Part shown: positions 55,427 to 63,920 of the stretch, in pieces
Numbering within the stretch: the stretch's first letter is position 1
How the letters are laid out: each line of letters begins with the position of its first letter
DNA from: an uncultured Synergistaceae bacterium
GTDB taxonomy: Bacteria; Synergistota; Synergistia; Synergistales; Dethiosulfovibrionaceae
NCBI GenBank assembly: GCA_964395085.1
Contig: CAYNAN010000005.1
Location: forward strand, 143 to 64,142
Length of the DNA stretch: 64,000 nucleotides
Reading direction: 5' to 3'
The notes under the pieces: generated by a model
The model's input: the letters and a program-made list of their open reading frames with translations, nothing else
The model's database searches: none
What the model was told of the DNA's origin: nothing
Program-made: the position numbers and the translations under genes

Positions 55427-55873
55427 CTAAGCCCCGTCTAAACAGGTATATCTTCCTGAAACGGTGACCTCCAGATCCCCTTCGACGTGAAGTCTCATCT
55501 TGCCCTCTTTCCTGTCGTGTTCAAGGAAGGACCCCCCCTCGAACTCTATCCGTCTGACGTCCTTGGAACTGGCAGGAGGCGGATAGGAATCACGGTATAA
55601 CGACCCCACAACAACCCCCTGGGCCATCTCCCCGGAGGGAGACAGTATCAGGACCTGCTCTCCCGGCTCCAAGGCCCACCAGGTTCGATCGGGGCCCGCT
55701 CTGGACGTAACCCACGGCAGCCACGCTGTGGTTATCTTTCCATCTCCTGCTCCGCAGGTAACCCGTACCCTGGCGGCAGTCTCGTCCAGTTCCACAACGG
55801 TCCCAATCCGGATAAGATTGGCTATCCTGCGTCCTAGATCAGAAACAAGCCAGTCATTCGGTGGGTGTCTCAT
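55427..55873 (-). CDS. Baseplate assembly protein V (gpV spike)
   Basis: The 148-aa ORF contains IRIGTVVELDETAARVRVTCG...ITTAWLPWV, which is typical of the gpV OB-fold. Confidence 0.85.
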   Translation of the reverse strand: MRHPPNDWLVSDLGRRIANLIRIGTVVELDETAARVRVTCGAGDGKITTAWLPWVTSRAGPDRTWWALEPGEQVLILSPSGEMAQGVVVGSLYRDSYPPPASSKDVRRIEFEGGSFLEHDRKEGKMRLHVEGDLEVTVSGRYTCLDGA

Positions 55874-56396
55874 GTGCTATATCCCCCAGTTTTTTGTAAG
55901 AATCCACATGAAGAGGGCCTATCTCTGGCACGATCGAATACAGCACCTCCGTGGGAATAACCCCTTCTCCATCCCAACAAGAGGGGCCTAAATAGACCTC
56001 ATGAGTCCAGGATATCTGCCACTCCACATGCTGAGCCATAGCTGGCAAAAACTCCGTAGGAGCCAACCCCGCCACCTTCGCAGGAGACACCTCAAGTCCA
56101 AAACGATTACCATGGATATACAAAGCTAGATCCCCTGCCAACTGCCGCACGTTTTGGCCGACCCCATCCATCAGGGCATCCAAAACCAAAAACAGGTCAA
56201 AGCGGCACTCAAGGCAAAGTTGCTCCGTCCCTACATCGTCCATCCTCTCCATCTCCGCAAGGAATAGCAAAGCCGCCGGGACCGCCATCTTTCCTCTTAT
56301 GCGGTCGTAGGCCGTAACCGTGACAAGAGAGGGGAAGGCTTTCGATATTCCCCGTAAAATGGCGTCATGCAGATCGGTTATTTTGACTTCAGCCAT
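55854..56396 (-). CDS. Tail completion protein (Mu Gp37/DUF1834-like)
   Basis: The 180-aa ORF has an N-terminal pattern ITDLHDAILRGISKAFPSLVTVTAYD...VPAALLFLAEME that resembles the DUF1834 family. This assignment is from memory. Confidence 0.5.
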   Translation of the reverse strand: MAEVKITDLHDAILRGISKAFPSLVTVTAYDRIRGKMAVPAALLFLAEMERMDDVGTEQLCLECRFDLFLVLDALMDGVGQNVRQLAGDLALYIHGNRFGLEVSPAKVAGLAPTEFLPAMAQHVEWQISWTHEVYLGPSCWDGEGVIPTEVLYSIVPEIGPLHVDSYKKLGDIAHETPTE

Positions 56397-56791
56397 CGCA
56401 ATTTCCTCTCAAAAGCAGGTATAAAACGACTTTCGAAAAGGGGGATAACGTCAGAACTCAGAACCGCCAGGACATAAGGGGATATATCCACCTTGCCACG
56501 CCCTGAGCTTTTTTTTACCCCGGCCTTGCGGGCAGGTATCCGGTAGACCCCTGTCCATAACTTCACCTGGTCAATGCCATCCACCTGTCTTTTAAAAGAC
56601 AGGATTCGGGGCTTCAAGGCCGACCGTTTGACACCCGTATCCTTGGCCACCTCTTTTGCCGCCAAAGATTTCATCTGACGTCCTACCTCGTTAAGTGCAA
56701 GATGCATTGCCCTTTTTATCTCCCTGGGCGTGGCTTCCAGATCCCTCGCTATGTCAGCCATAGCCTTTTTATCGAAGGAGACCTCTATCAT
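56378..56791 (-). CDS. Head-tail/tail completion protein (HK97 gp10 / minor tail Z-like)
   Basis: The 137-aa ORF has the N-terminus FDKKAMADIARDLEATPREIKRAMHLALNEVGRQMKSLAAKEV, typical of the gp10/GPZ-type family. Confidence 0.55.
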   Translation of the reverse strand: MIEVSFDKKAMADIARDLEATPREIKRAMHLALNEVGRQMKSLAAKEVAKDTGVKRSALKPRILSFKRQVDGIDQVKLWTGVYRIPARKAGVKKSSGRGKVDISPYVLAVLSSDVIPLFESRFIPAFERKLRWLKSK

Positions 56792-57084
56792 GGAGTCATC
56801 ACCACCGAAGCCATACCTGTACCATCGGGGACAACCTCAAGAACCCTGTAAACGATATCCCTAATCCTGCAAGTATCGCCCCTCGAAACATCTGCCACGT
56901 CCGAGGCAAGACAGAAAGCCACAGGATTGGACACCTCAACCTCGGTTTCCCCGATCGCTGGACGAGGGTAGATCTCCGGGCAGTCAAAAAGTCCCTTAAT
57001 GGGATAGTCTATCCCAGAAAAAAACAGGGAATCGCCCACCGCCTGGAGGATATCCCTGTCGGCAGCGACGATTCCCGGAATCAT
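56788..57084 (-). CDS. Head-tail joining protein (small beta-barrel adaptor)
   Basis: The 98-aa ORF has the pattern ...IKGLFDCPE...VSNPVAFCLASDVADVSRGDTCRIRDIVYRVLEVVPDGTGMASVVM, typical of head-tail joining proteins. Confidence 0.55.
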   Translation of the reverse strand: MIPGIVAADRDILQAVGDSLFFSGIDYPIKGLFDCPEIYPRPAIGETEVEVSNPVAFCLASDVADVSRGDTCRIRDIVYRVLEVVPDGTGMASVVMTP

Positions 57085-57371
57085 TTCTCGACCTTCTCTC
57101 TACGCTCATCTATGCGACGGATAAGCTCATCGTCGGACCACTCATCCTGAGGTCGCCCCCCAAGCTCTTTATACTCCGCCTCTAAGGCCTCTCTATCCTC
57201 GGAAATATCTTCCGAAACATCCACACCTCCTCCAGGGAGGACCTTCACCTTGCCCCTTTTCAAGAGGCTAATAGCGATCCCCTCAGGCAAAGAAACCTCC
57301 CTGCCGGGTCGAACTATCTCACCATCGACGACCACCGCACTCGAGACGATAACCTGCATAACCTTACCCAT
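57081..57371 (-). CDS. Hypothetical head-module protein
   Basis: I place the start at the ATG at 57371 (MGKVMQVIV...), which has AGGAGG 7 nt upstream and follows the capsid stop. The track start at 57407 overlaps the capsid gene. Confidence 0.55.
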   Translation of the reverse strand: MGKVMQVIVSSAVVVDGEIVRPGREVSLPEGIAISLLKRGKVKVLPGGGVDVSEDISEDREALEAEYKELGGRPQDEWSDDELIRRIDERREKVEK

Positions 57372-57382
57372 AACGACACCTC

Positions 57383-59278
57383 CTATGCGGATTTCTTTCC
57401 GTAGCAAAAGCTCTCTACGTGTCGGACAGCAAAGTCGACGTCCTGCATGGCCACTATCCTCAGTCGTCCTTTGAGGCTATGGGTATAGGGATCGGTGGTA
57501 AGCTCAAGGCCACCCCACATACCAACCAACAGATCCGCAAAGTTACCGAACAGAACGTCTCCCAGAGCTATCTGGTTAGTGATCCGAGCGGCATAGCCGT
57601 TGATGGTATCGCCCTTCTCCCAGATAGTAGCCCCGCTGGTCCCGACAAACTTCTCCGTCGTTTTGCAGTGCCCCCTGAACCTTGCGTTGGCCACATAGCA
57701 CATACCGGATACATCCGCATCGTCCGCCGCTATCTCCGACTCCATATCCACAAGCTCCGCATAGGTCGGATGCTGAGCCTGGAAAGCCACCGCATTGATC
57801 CCAGTGGTTACGGCGATACCCTTAGGCTGATTATCCGTACCAGAACCGTATATAGCCGCCTTGTCTATGGTCAGGGCCAGAGCTTTAGCTAGATCCGCCC
57901 TAACAAGCGCCTCTATATCCATCGAGGACTGAGACAGCAGCCGACGAGTTATCTCGCTGTAAGCTCCAACGGTCTTAGGGCTCATAGTCACATGATCGAA
58001 AGCGGGGCTGCCCTCCGACACATCCTGATCCTCACCAACCCAATAGCCGCTGGCTCCACTGGCCTGAGATGGGATATCCAAATTCCCCACGAGGCCGGAC
58101 AGAGGCGTCGCCATCTGCAAAACGATGGCCTTTTTACGAAGCAGCTCTATGAAAGAGCTGGTCATCAGGGTGGTATCAACCGTGTACCCTCCACTGGCCG
58201 GGCTGCCACCGGTCTGTAACAACCCTCTGCTAAGCACGTCGTAGGGGACCACCAATCCCTCCGGGGACCTGCCCATCTTAGATGCCGCGGCACGAGAGCA
58301 CTCAAACTCGAAGGCCGCCTCCTCCTGTGCGGATCGATCCGTCGGGCTCACCAGGGCACGGATCGCCCGAATGAAAGAATAGCTTCTAGCCTCCCCCTCA
58401 GACATCCCCACCGACGACTCCTTCACGGTCCCTCCCTGAGATCTAGACTCTATTAGCTTGTCCAGCAACACCTTGTTAAACTCATCCACACCCCTGCCCT
58501 CAGACACATACTGGTCGGCTAGATCTCTTTGGCCAAACTGCTCCCCAAGCTGAAGCAGGTTACGGACCCTCACCTGTTCCTGCTTCCTGGCCTCTTCCCT
58601 AACGGCAGATACGTTAATCCCAGAGGGACTGCCTTCCGGCATCGAGCGGCTCCCCTCCGGCACTCCAGCAGCGGGGCTATTCTCAGCAGTTTTATTATTT
58701 ACAGACTCATTATCACGAGCTTTTCCAAGCATTCCATTACCCTCCCTGTCATCATCACTTCGTCCCACTCCAACCGTAGAATCTGCCGGAACACTCACCA
58801 GACTAACCTCAGTGGGCTCCCAATCTACAACCCTGTACATCCGTACACCGTCACGCTCTCCAGCAAGTTGCATCTCGAGTACGTTGTAGCACACCGAGCA
58901 ATTACGCCGTATCCCATCCTTGATATCCTGAAAAATCTCCTCGCCTTGAGCAGAGCGAGATATCTTTACGGTGCATCTGCCCTTTCGATCGACGATAGAG
59001 ACCGACCCCTCCACGACCGCCCCCACCTGCTGAGACCTGTCGTGTCCCAATAAAAAAGGAGCCCCCGCATTCAGGCGCTCCAATCGTACTTCCTCTGGCT
59101 TATGTCCCAGGATCTCTACCCCAAACCATCGCTCCACCTCAGCCTCGGAGGAAAAGGACAGCTCTACCGTCCTGTCATCCTCATTCAGAGACCGTAGACT
59201 TCCCGTCAGACTCGGCTTCTTGTTGTTCAGCTCCCTCACTAGATCCTGTATCTTTGGCGATTGCGGCAACCTTGCCAC
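57383..59278 (-). CDS. Prohead protease (S78/HK97-type) - scaffold linker - HK97-fold major capsid protein fusion
   Basis: The 631-aa ORF has an N-terminal ~170 aa that is prohead-protease-like (DDRTVELSFSSEAEVERWFGVEILGH...APFLLGHD). The middle is an acidic coiled-coil linker. The C-terminal ~330 aa is HK97 MCP-like (ending ...ITNQIALGDVLFGNFADLLVGMWGGLELTTDPYT). The start is GTG at 59278 or TTG at 59269. Confidence 0.85.
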   Translation of the reverse strand: MARLPQSPKIQDLVRELNNKKPSLTGSLRSLNEDDRTVELSFSSEAEVERWFGVEILGHKPEEVRLERLNAGAPFLLGHDRSQQVGAVVEGSVSIVDRKGRCTVKISRSAQGEEIFQDIKDGIRRNCSVCYNVLEMQLAGERDGVRMYRVVDWEPTEVSLVSVPADSTVGVGRSDDDREGNGMLGKARDNESVNNKTAENSPAAGVPEGSRSMPEGSPSGINVSAVREEARKQEQVRVRNLLQLGEQFGQRDLADQYVSEGRGVDEFNKVLLDKLIESRSQGGTVKESSVGMSEGEARSYSFIRAIRALVSPTDRSAQEEAAFEFECSRAAASKMGRSPEGLVVPYDVLSRGLLQTGGSPASGGYTVDTTLMTSSFIELLRKKAIVLQMATPLSGLVGNLDIPSQASGASGYWVGEDQDVSEGSPAFDHVTMSPKTVGAYSEITRRLLSQSSMDIEALVRADLAKALALTIDKAAIYGSGTDNQPKGIAVTTGINAVAFQAQHPTYAELVDMESEIAADDADVSGMCYVANARFRGHCKTTEKFVGTSGATIWEKGDTINGYAARITNQIALGDVLFGNFADLLVGMWGGLELTTDPYTHSLKGRLRIVAMQDVDFAVRHVESFCYGKKSA

Positions 59279-60752
59279 CTCCTCCCTGGAACACCCTTTG
59301 GATCATATCTTCCGGTATCCCCTTATCCCTCATGCCCTGAATATCCTGGGCAATCTCGCTCCAAACATCCTCAGGGTCTCTCCCAAGCTCCCGGATAATC
59401 TCCCCGGGGGAGCGCAAAAGGGTCTTTATCTCCTTTTCCTTGGCCGCCATGTCCTTAATAGGATCCACCCACGGCCAGCGCCTGGGCTGCCACTCGGTAT
59501 GCTTTAGCCGCACCTCCTCGGTGGCCAACACAGGCCGTCCCCTCAAGACAACGTTACCCTTCAAAAGGGCCAGTGTCAGCCAGGACTCGTAAACCCGTTG
59601 ATGAAACTCCTCGATAATCCATCCCTGAAGCCCCTTCCATACCTCTCGCTCGTCCAAGGCTCCCTGTCTCAAGGAGGAATAATTCACCCCTTCCAGATCG
59701 CTGGCCAAGGTGTTATAGCTCACGTTAAGCCCAGCGGCCACCCCTCTCAGGCAGGACTTTACGAACGTCCCGAACTCGCCGTTAGGATACTGATAGTCTG
59801 GGTATATCACGTCGGAATATCCGTCAGGTATAGGCTCATAAGTGCCAGGTTCGGCGTCTATGGCTATATCGGTCTCCATGTCGTCCCCACCATATCCAGC
59901 GGCATTTTCGCTGGGTTTGAGCCACCCCATCTTAGCGGCGGACACCCTGGCGTTGACCAGCGCCGCATCCTCATAGCCGCCTATCATATGCAGCCGTAAC
60001 AAAGCGGTGGACATCCAGGGCAAACCTCTTTTTTGCCCCACTATTTCAGGCACAAAAACATGGATCACCTGAGACGCTGGAATCCTGACATAACGGTGTC
60101 CCGTCCACTTCACGTAACCGGCCTTCTCGTCGTCGGTTCGAAAATAATAGGCAACCGGCCTACCGTACTCCGTCATCTCTATACCGTGACGCACTATATT
60201 CCCGTTGGGCAAACTCTCCTCGTCGTACTCCACCGGAATCCTCTGAGGATCCACAAGCTGTATTGCAAATCCCCAGGGACCAGCCATATCGCCATACCTC
60301 AGCAAAGCCACAGCTTCGCCGTCTTTTGCCACGGTAGCAACGACCAGACGCTGAATGGACAACCAGGATAGCCTGCCGGTGACATCGCAGTTACCACGTC
60401 GACCCCACTCCCAAAAGGCCCACTCCACGGCATCGTTTAGTGGCGTATCTGGAGCTCCATTTTTCCTCTTGGCCTGAACCTGAAGGATAACACCCTGAGC
60501 TCCTATCACGTTATCCTGGACCATCTGAAGGAATCTCCTGGCGTAATCGTTGTTGGCCACCTGTTGCCTGGATCGAGCCACCAACGCCCGGAGATTGCGA
60601 CGCACTATCTCATCGGCATCAACAGGGATAGACGTCCATGTAGACGTCAACCTAGAAGCCCCACCGGCGTCGTAACTCCGCTTACGAGAGGGAGATCTCG
60701 CAAGCCCCTGGCTGCCCTTAGAGGCCATAAATCGATACAGGCTCATATCCAT
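59181..60752 (-). CDS. Portal protein (lambda gpB family)
   Basis: The 523-aa ORF contains YDAGGASRLTSTWTSIPVDADEIVRRNLRALVARSRQQVANNDYARRFLQMVQDNVIG, typical of lambda-family portals. Confidence 0.92.
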   Translation of the reverse strand: MDMSLYRFMASKGSQGLARSPSRKRSYDAGGASRLTSTWTSIPVDADEIVRRNLRALVARSRQQVANNDYARRFLQMVQDNVIGAQGVILQVQAKRKNGAPDTPLNDAVEWAFWEWGRRGNCDVTGRLSWLSIQRLVVATVAKDGEAVALLRYGDMAGPWGFAIQLVDPQRIPVEYDEESLPNGNIVRHGIEMTEYGRPVAYYFRTDDEKAGYVKWTGHRYVRIPASQVIHVFVPEIVGQKRGLPWMSTALLRLHMIGGYEDAALVNARVSAAKMGWLKPSENAAGYGGDDMETDIAIDAEPGTYEPIPDGYSDVIYPDYQYPNGEFGTFVKSCLRGVAAGLNVSYNTLASDLEGVNYSSLRQGALDEREVWKGLQGWIIEEFHQRVYESWLTLALLKGNVVLRGRPVLATEEVRLKHTEWQPRRWPWVDPIKDMAAKEKEIKTLLRSPGEIIRELGRDPEDVWSEIAQDIQGMRDKGIPEDMIQRVFQGGGGKVAAIAKDTGSSEGAEQQEAESDGKSTVSE

Positions 60753-61309
60753 ACTCGGACCCTCCTACCGATAGGTTTTCCCGACTCTCTCCTGCACTCG
60801 ACGGTGTAAATCTTTCGAAGCCTCAACAGCTCGTCCAGCGGAACCCTGGATAACTGCCTCATGCCTAGGGACGTCTGGATGGAGTAAGACTGCTGATCGT
60901 GGGTCGCCCTCTGCTCCAAAACCGCCTCTATGGCGTCCAATACCCTCCTTGCGTGGGATCTCCCATCATACGTTTCCATTGACGCTATATCCGGGCAAAC
61001 CTCTATCGCCCCAGAAGCCAGCTCCTCTACACTATCGCCAGAGACGCCCCTCAGAGAGTACCAATAGGTCCCAGGGGGAAGCCCTGTCGTATCCAAGCTA
61101 AAGAAGAACTCATCCCCATCGGGAACCCCAGAACAGTCTAGAGCACCACCTCCCCTCAGAAAAAAGGACATGCCCCACCCAGGAGCCACCGTTTCATCAA
61201 CCCTTACGGAGAACTTCAAAGGCATCCCGGCTATAACCCTTTCAGGGATGGATATCAAATCACCACCTCCCCACAAAACCACCGCTTCTGCGCCGTCTCT
61301 TCGCCGCAC
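60743..61309 (-). CDS. gpW-like head-tail joining protein with an N-terminal Ig-like extension
   Basis: The 188-aa ORF has a C-terminal ~70 aa (ARRVLDAIEAVLEQRATHDQQSYSIQTSLGMRQLSRVPLDELLRLRKIYTVE) that resembles lambda gpW. It sits between terL and the portal gene, as W does in lambda. The start is uncertain: GTG at 61309 or ATG at 61225. Confidence 0.6.
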   Translation of the reverse strand: MRRRDGAEAVVLWGGGDLISIPERVIAGMPLKFSVRVDETVAPGWGMSFFLRGGGALDCSGVPDGDEFFFSLDTTGLPPGTYWYSLRGVSGDSVEELASGAIEVCPDIASMETYDGRSHARRVLDAIEAVLEQRATHDQQSYSIQTSLGMRQLSRVPLDELLRLRKIYTVECRRESGKPIGRRVRVWI

Positions 61310-63101
61310 TGCGTTTACTACCCTCGTCCTCGACGTCTCGTCTGATAGGGGCCACCCTGCGTCTGAGAGCCTCCCAATCTGGATTCAAAAGCTTCATCGC
61401 CGCATAGGCGTAAACCCGGCAGTCCAAAGCCTCGTTCCTCGCCCGGATCTTCTCCCACACCCGGTATGGGAAGCCTTTCTTGTATCTGGTAACTAGCTTC
61501 TCCGCCGTGAGTTGCAGGAAATATTCCTGATCCCTGCCAACAGGGAAGTGGCAATACCCAGCACCGCTTTCAAGCCTCAACCTCGCATAAACGGTTTTTT
61601 TCGCCGTATCCACACCAACACGATAAAGCATAACCGGACGAGATCTCTTGCCAGCCCTCTGCCTTGTCGGGCCGGATATGACCGCTCTGTCTCCAGCCAA
61701 ACCCTTGACCGGGAAAACCCTCTCCCTGCCAAGATCACGAACATAGTCATAGACAGCCTGAGTATTGTCCCCCGAGTCTATAGCCACCGCATCGATGGAC
61801 ATCTCCACTCCAGACTCGTGGGTCCACGTTTTTGTCCTGTATGTCGTCAGAGCGTCCCATACCCCTGGCTCTGTGGGGTCTCCCTGAAGCACCTTATAAT
61901 CCACGCTCCAAGACTCCTCCCCCGCACCCCAGGCGACCACCTCGGCCTCGAGACGATCCCTCTGGACATCCACCCCCATAGTAAGGAGCACGCCCCCCTC
62001 GGGGACCTCGGCAGAGTAAAACTCACATCGCTCCATGAATCGATCCGGCTCTATTACCTCGCCTCGCTCCTCCCAGGTCTCGGCCAAAACCGTGTTGATA
62101 AAGACCTTCATAGGCTCGACGTCGCCAGCGTCCAAGGCCGCCTTGGCTCGCTTGAACTGGTCGATGATCTCGGTCCAGGACCGCCAGGGCGAGGAAAGCT
62201 GGTTCAGGTGAAAGCCTCTCTCCTTCGCTCCAGGGCTATCCGCAACCCATTCCCCCTTGGACATCATCGACTTCCAGGCCTGCTCGCTACTCCTGACATG
62301 GCAGGATCGGCACTCATAGGTGGGATAAAGCCACTCTTCGTCTGGAAAACGAACCTGTTTCCAGCTCAAAGGCTGAAGATCTCCGCACACAGGACATGGG
62401 ACACACCATCTTTCCCTGCTAGACAGAGCATATCTAGCCTCTATACGGGATATCCCCTTCACCGTAGGAGTCGATACGAACAGCTTCTTTCGATTCCAGA
62501 AGTTGGTGGTCCTCTGCTCCGCAAGGGTCAGAGGGTCTCCCTCACCTCCAACCGCCAGAGGATAACGATCGATCTCATCAGCGAGAAGGATGCGTATAGG
62601 CCTAGAGGCCAGAGAGGACGCTGAATTTGCCCCTGCTATTGTCAGATGGCCACCGTCAAAAGCCTTATGCAATATGGTGTTATTGGAGTCTTTGCTCCTT
62701 GGGGATCTCACCTTGCCCCTAAGAACCGGCGTATCCCTGACCATCGGAGCGACCCTGTCCTTTGAGAAGTCCTCTGCCATAGGCTTTTGAGTCGGCTGGA
62801 GTATCAATATAGGAGCTGGATCATAGTGGACGTGATATCCCAAGGTATTAAGAACTATCTCCGTCTTGCCCGACTGGGAGCCGCACATCACGACAACCCC
62901 CTCCACCAAGGGATCAGACAAAGCGTCCATTATCTCCCTCTGATAAGGAGCCCTATCGGTGGACCACTGCCCAGGCTCGGCAGAAGCCTCCCTAGAGAGA
63001 CGACGATATTTGTCTGCCCACTGGCTGACCGTAAGCTCCGGAGGAGGAGCAACAGACTTGGCCACATCGCATATCAGATCTGCAACAACGCTAAGGCTCA
63101 T
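61260..63101 (-). CDS. Terminase large subunit (lambda GpA family)
   Basis: The 613-aa ORF contains LTVSQWADKYRRLSREASAEPGQWSTDRAPYQREIMDALSD and the Walker A-like motif MCGSQSGKTE, typical of the GpA family. Confidence 0.92.
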   Translation of the reverse strand: MSLSVVADLICDVAKSVAPPPELTVSQWADKYRRLSREASAEPGQWSTDRAPYQREIMDALSDPLVEGVVVMCGSQSGKTEIVLNTLGYHVHYDPAPILILQPTQKPMAEDFSKDRVAPMVRDTPVLRGKVRSPRSKDSNNTILHKAFDGGHLTIAGANSASSLASRPIRILLADEIDRYPLAVGGEGDPLTLAEQRTTNFWNRKKLFVSTPTVKGISRIEARYALSSRERWCVPCPVCGDLQPLSWKQVRFPDEEWLYPTYECRSCHVRSSEQAWKSMMSKGEWVADSPGAKERGFHLNQLSSPWRSWTEIIDQFKRAKAALDAGDVEPMKVFINTVLAETWEERGEVIEPDRFMERCEFYSAEVPEGGVLLTMGVDVQRDRLEAEVVAWGAGEESWSVDYKVLQGDPTEPGVWDALTTYRTKTWTHESGVEMSIDAVAIDSGDNTQAVYDYVRDLGRERVFPVKGLAGDRAVISGPTRQRAGKRSRPVMLYRVGVDTAKKTVYARLRLESGAGYCHFPVGRDQEYFLQLTAEKLVTRYKKGFPYRVWEKIRARNEALDCRVYAYAAMKLLNPDWEALRRRVAPIRRDVEDEGSKRSAAKRRRRSGGFVGRW

Positions 63102-63573
63102 ATTCGCTCAGCTCCTGCAAAACCTCATTAACCTCTCGCTTTAGGCAAGCCTGAACCTCAGCGACAGAGGCCATGCCCAAGACCTTAGGAGCCACCTTCG
63201 ACGGCAGTCCCAGAGCCTTCGCCCGAAAGGTGGACACCATATCACTGCACGCCCTCCGAACCTCATCAACACGGACAAGCTCCTTCTCCAGCTCCTGAAC
63301 CTCCATCTCTGCCTTATCGGCCTGAGCCTTCGTCAGCCGGAACTTCTCCTTCATCATGTCCTGAGGGCTCAGATTTGAGGACTCCCCGGTTTTGATGTAT
63401 TGGATATACCCACCGACAGAGGCCCCTAGAGAGAAACGGCCCGTATCTGTCTTTGAGATATAGCCCTTTTTGACCAACTTATGTACCCAGCTTTCGGTCA
63501 CCCCCAGCAGCCGAGCCACGTCTTTGGCCGAGATCAGCTGGTCTAACAGATCCTTTTTAGCTTGACAATTCAA
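63091..63573 (-). CDS. Terminase small subunit (Nu1-like, N-terminal winged HTH)
   Basis: The 160-aa ORF uses a TTG start with an AGGAGGTGA RBS. It has the HTH ISAKDVARLLGVTESWVHKLVKKG and overlaps the terL start by 11 nt. Confidence 0.8.
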   Translation of the reverse strand: MNCQAKKDLLDQLISAKDVARLLGVTESWVHKLVKKGYISKTDTGRFSLGASVGGYIQYIKTGESSNLSPQDMMKEKFRLTKAQADKAEMEVQELEKELVRVDEVRRACSDMVSTFRAKALGLPSKVAPKVLGMASVAEVQACLKREVNEVLQELSEYEP

Positions 63574-63683
63574 CTAACCTCACCTCCTGTAAAGTTCAGA
63601 AAAACGACGGTTCGAGTGGACTGGACTGAGCTCCAATTTTGGAGTGTCTAGCCAAATCGTGCTCGTTGGGGGGGGTTCCCTTA

Positions 63684-63698
63684 CCCGCGCCGCCCCCC
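63684..63698. other. Candidate cosN cohesive-end site
   Basis: The minus strand reads GGGGGCGGCGCGGGT. From memory, the lambda cohesive end is GGGCGGCGACCT. The site lies ~110 nt upstream of terS in a G/C-rich segment flanked by AT-richer DNA. Confidence 0.35.
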
Positions 63699-63920
63699 TC
63701 GGGAAGGACCCACTGTTTGCAATGCTTCGCGCGATTTTAGATTTATTCCCTACTGCCTTACTCATGTAATATATCTACAGGGAATGTGGTTAGAGATTGG
63801 TACCCTCTCAGGCCTTGCGCCCACCGGCTTTGCTTCGCTTTCGCACCTCTCGTTTTTAACCGTAATTTCGCCAACTCTGGAACATTATGTGTAGACCCCC
63901 TATATTTAACTGTACGACCG

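Noticed and set aside
61512-62624. A 370-aa plus-strand ORF.
   Set aside because: It is antisense to the terminase large subunit gene and has the same shadow-ORF properties.
63580-63765. A 61-aa minus-strand ORF upstream of terS.
   Set aside because: It has no RBS, covers the terS Shine-Dalgarno and the G/C-rich candidate cos region, and its composition is unconvincing.
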